Below, one piece after another: positions 63,200 to 64,000 of a stretch of 64,000 nucleotides of DNA (positions are counted from its first letter, which is position 1; the number at the start of each line of letters is the position of its first letter). The stretch is taken from positions 188,172,001-188,236,000 of the forward strand of contig NC_058368.1 in NCBI RefSeq assembly GCF_018350175.1. The letters are read 5' to 3'. The notes under the pieces were generated by a model that was not told where the DNA came from, made no database searches, and was given only the letters and a program-made list of their open reading frames with translations. The position numbers and the translations under genes were made by a program. Source of the stretch: Felis catus. Lineage: Eukaryota.

Positions 63200-63810
63200 T
63201 TATTCATTCATTTAGCAAATTCTTGTCTAATGTCCAGCAATCCCCAACACTGCTCTAAGTGCTTATGATACTGAGTTTAAAAAAAAAAAAAAGGAAATTC
63301 TTTTCCTCACTAGTGCTTGAAATCTAGTGGGTGCAGACAGGCAATAAATAAGTAAAGAGACACATAAACAAGGTAAGAGATTATGGTAAGTTCTATGAAG
63401 ACAGTAGGATCACCTGATAAATGTAAGGCTCTCTAAGGTAGTGAATAGGACCTAAGACTGGAAAGATGAGAAGGAGCCAGTCATGCAAAGCCAATAAGAA
63501 GTAGTCCAGGTAGAGGAACCAACGAATGCAAAGGACCTGAGTCAGGCACACGTGTGGCATGTTCAAGGAACAGAAACAAGACCAATGTGGCTGGAAGAAT
63601 ACAGGGGAGAATGGAATGAGAAATGAGAAGAGTCCAGAGGAGAAGACAGCAGCCAGATCAGGTAGACATGTAGGCCATGGTACTGAGTTTGAGTTTTGTT
63701 CTTGGTGAAGTGGGAAACCAAGAGGTTTTAGGCAGAGGAATGGGTACAGTGATGTGAGGGATGGTGTGGGAAGCAGGCTCCACATGTTTAAAATAAAAAT
63801 TTCCAACAGC
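63200..63810 (-). mobile_element. L2 3' region
   Basis: ttcattcatttagcaaat...cactgctctaagtgct...tggcatgttcaaggaacag...ccagatca...taggccatgg. Confidence 0.8.
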
Positions 63811-64000
63811 GACCTGTACCTTCAGCCAATATTTCACACAAGTTTTTACTGGTTTGTGACTCTCTTTCCTAAACATCCTTCTCTCTAACAGAAGTTGATC
63901 TAACTATTTCACCATTCCGCCATTAGGACAAGTGGCACATTTGTCTTCTCCCTGCTAAACCTCCCACATTACTTCTGCCATAGGCTCCTCTCTACTCTCA

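Noticed and set aside
1..64000. Novel multi-gene or defence-type system
   Set aside because: Repeat-rich non-coding mammalian DNA with no gene cluster, array or intact autonomous element.

Overview
Mammalian genomic DNA, almost certainly from a cat or other felid. It carries about 20 tRNA-derived CanSINEs, including very young SINEC_Fc-type copies, and a felid-type L1 3' end. I find no protein-coding gene, RNA gene, CpG island or CRISPR-like system. The ORF track is chance ORFs or transposon remnants; only L1 ORF2 and an L2 reverse-transcriptase fragment are recognisable. The window is an intergenic or intronic mosaic of young SINE/L1 insertions on ancient MIR, L2, L1M, MaLR/ERV LTR and hAT-MER fossils, with a few unique stretches that look like enhancers. 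I see no convincing new biological system. The best observations are structural: (1) a ~420 bp micro-inversion at 22406-22831, reconstructable from a split LTR16 and its target-site duplication (TSD); (2) an L1 insertion with a ~110 bp 3' transduction (51405-52186); (3) a ~250 bp pure-pyrimidine tract that grew inside a SINE's TSDs; (4) closely spaced inverted SINE pairs; (5) several candidate cis-regulatory elements. Repeat family names come from my recollection of consensus sequences, not a database search. Boundaries of old elements are approximate.
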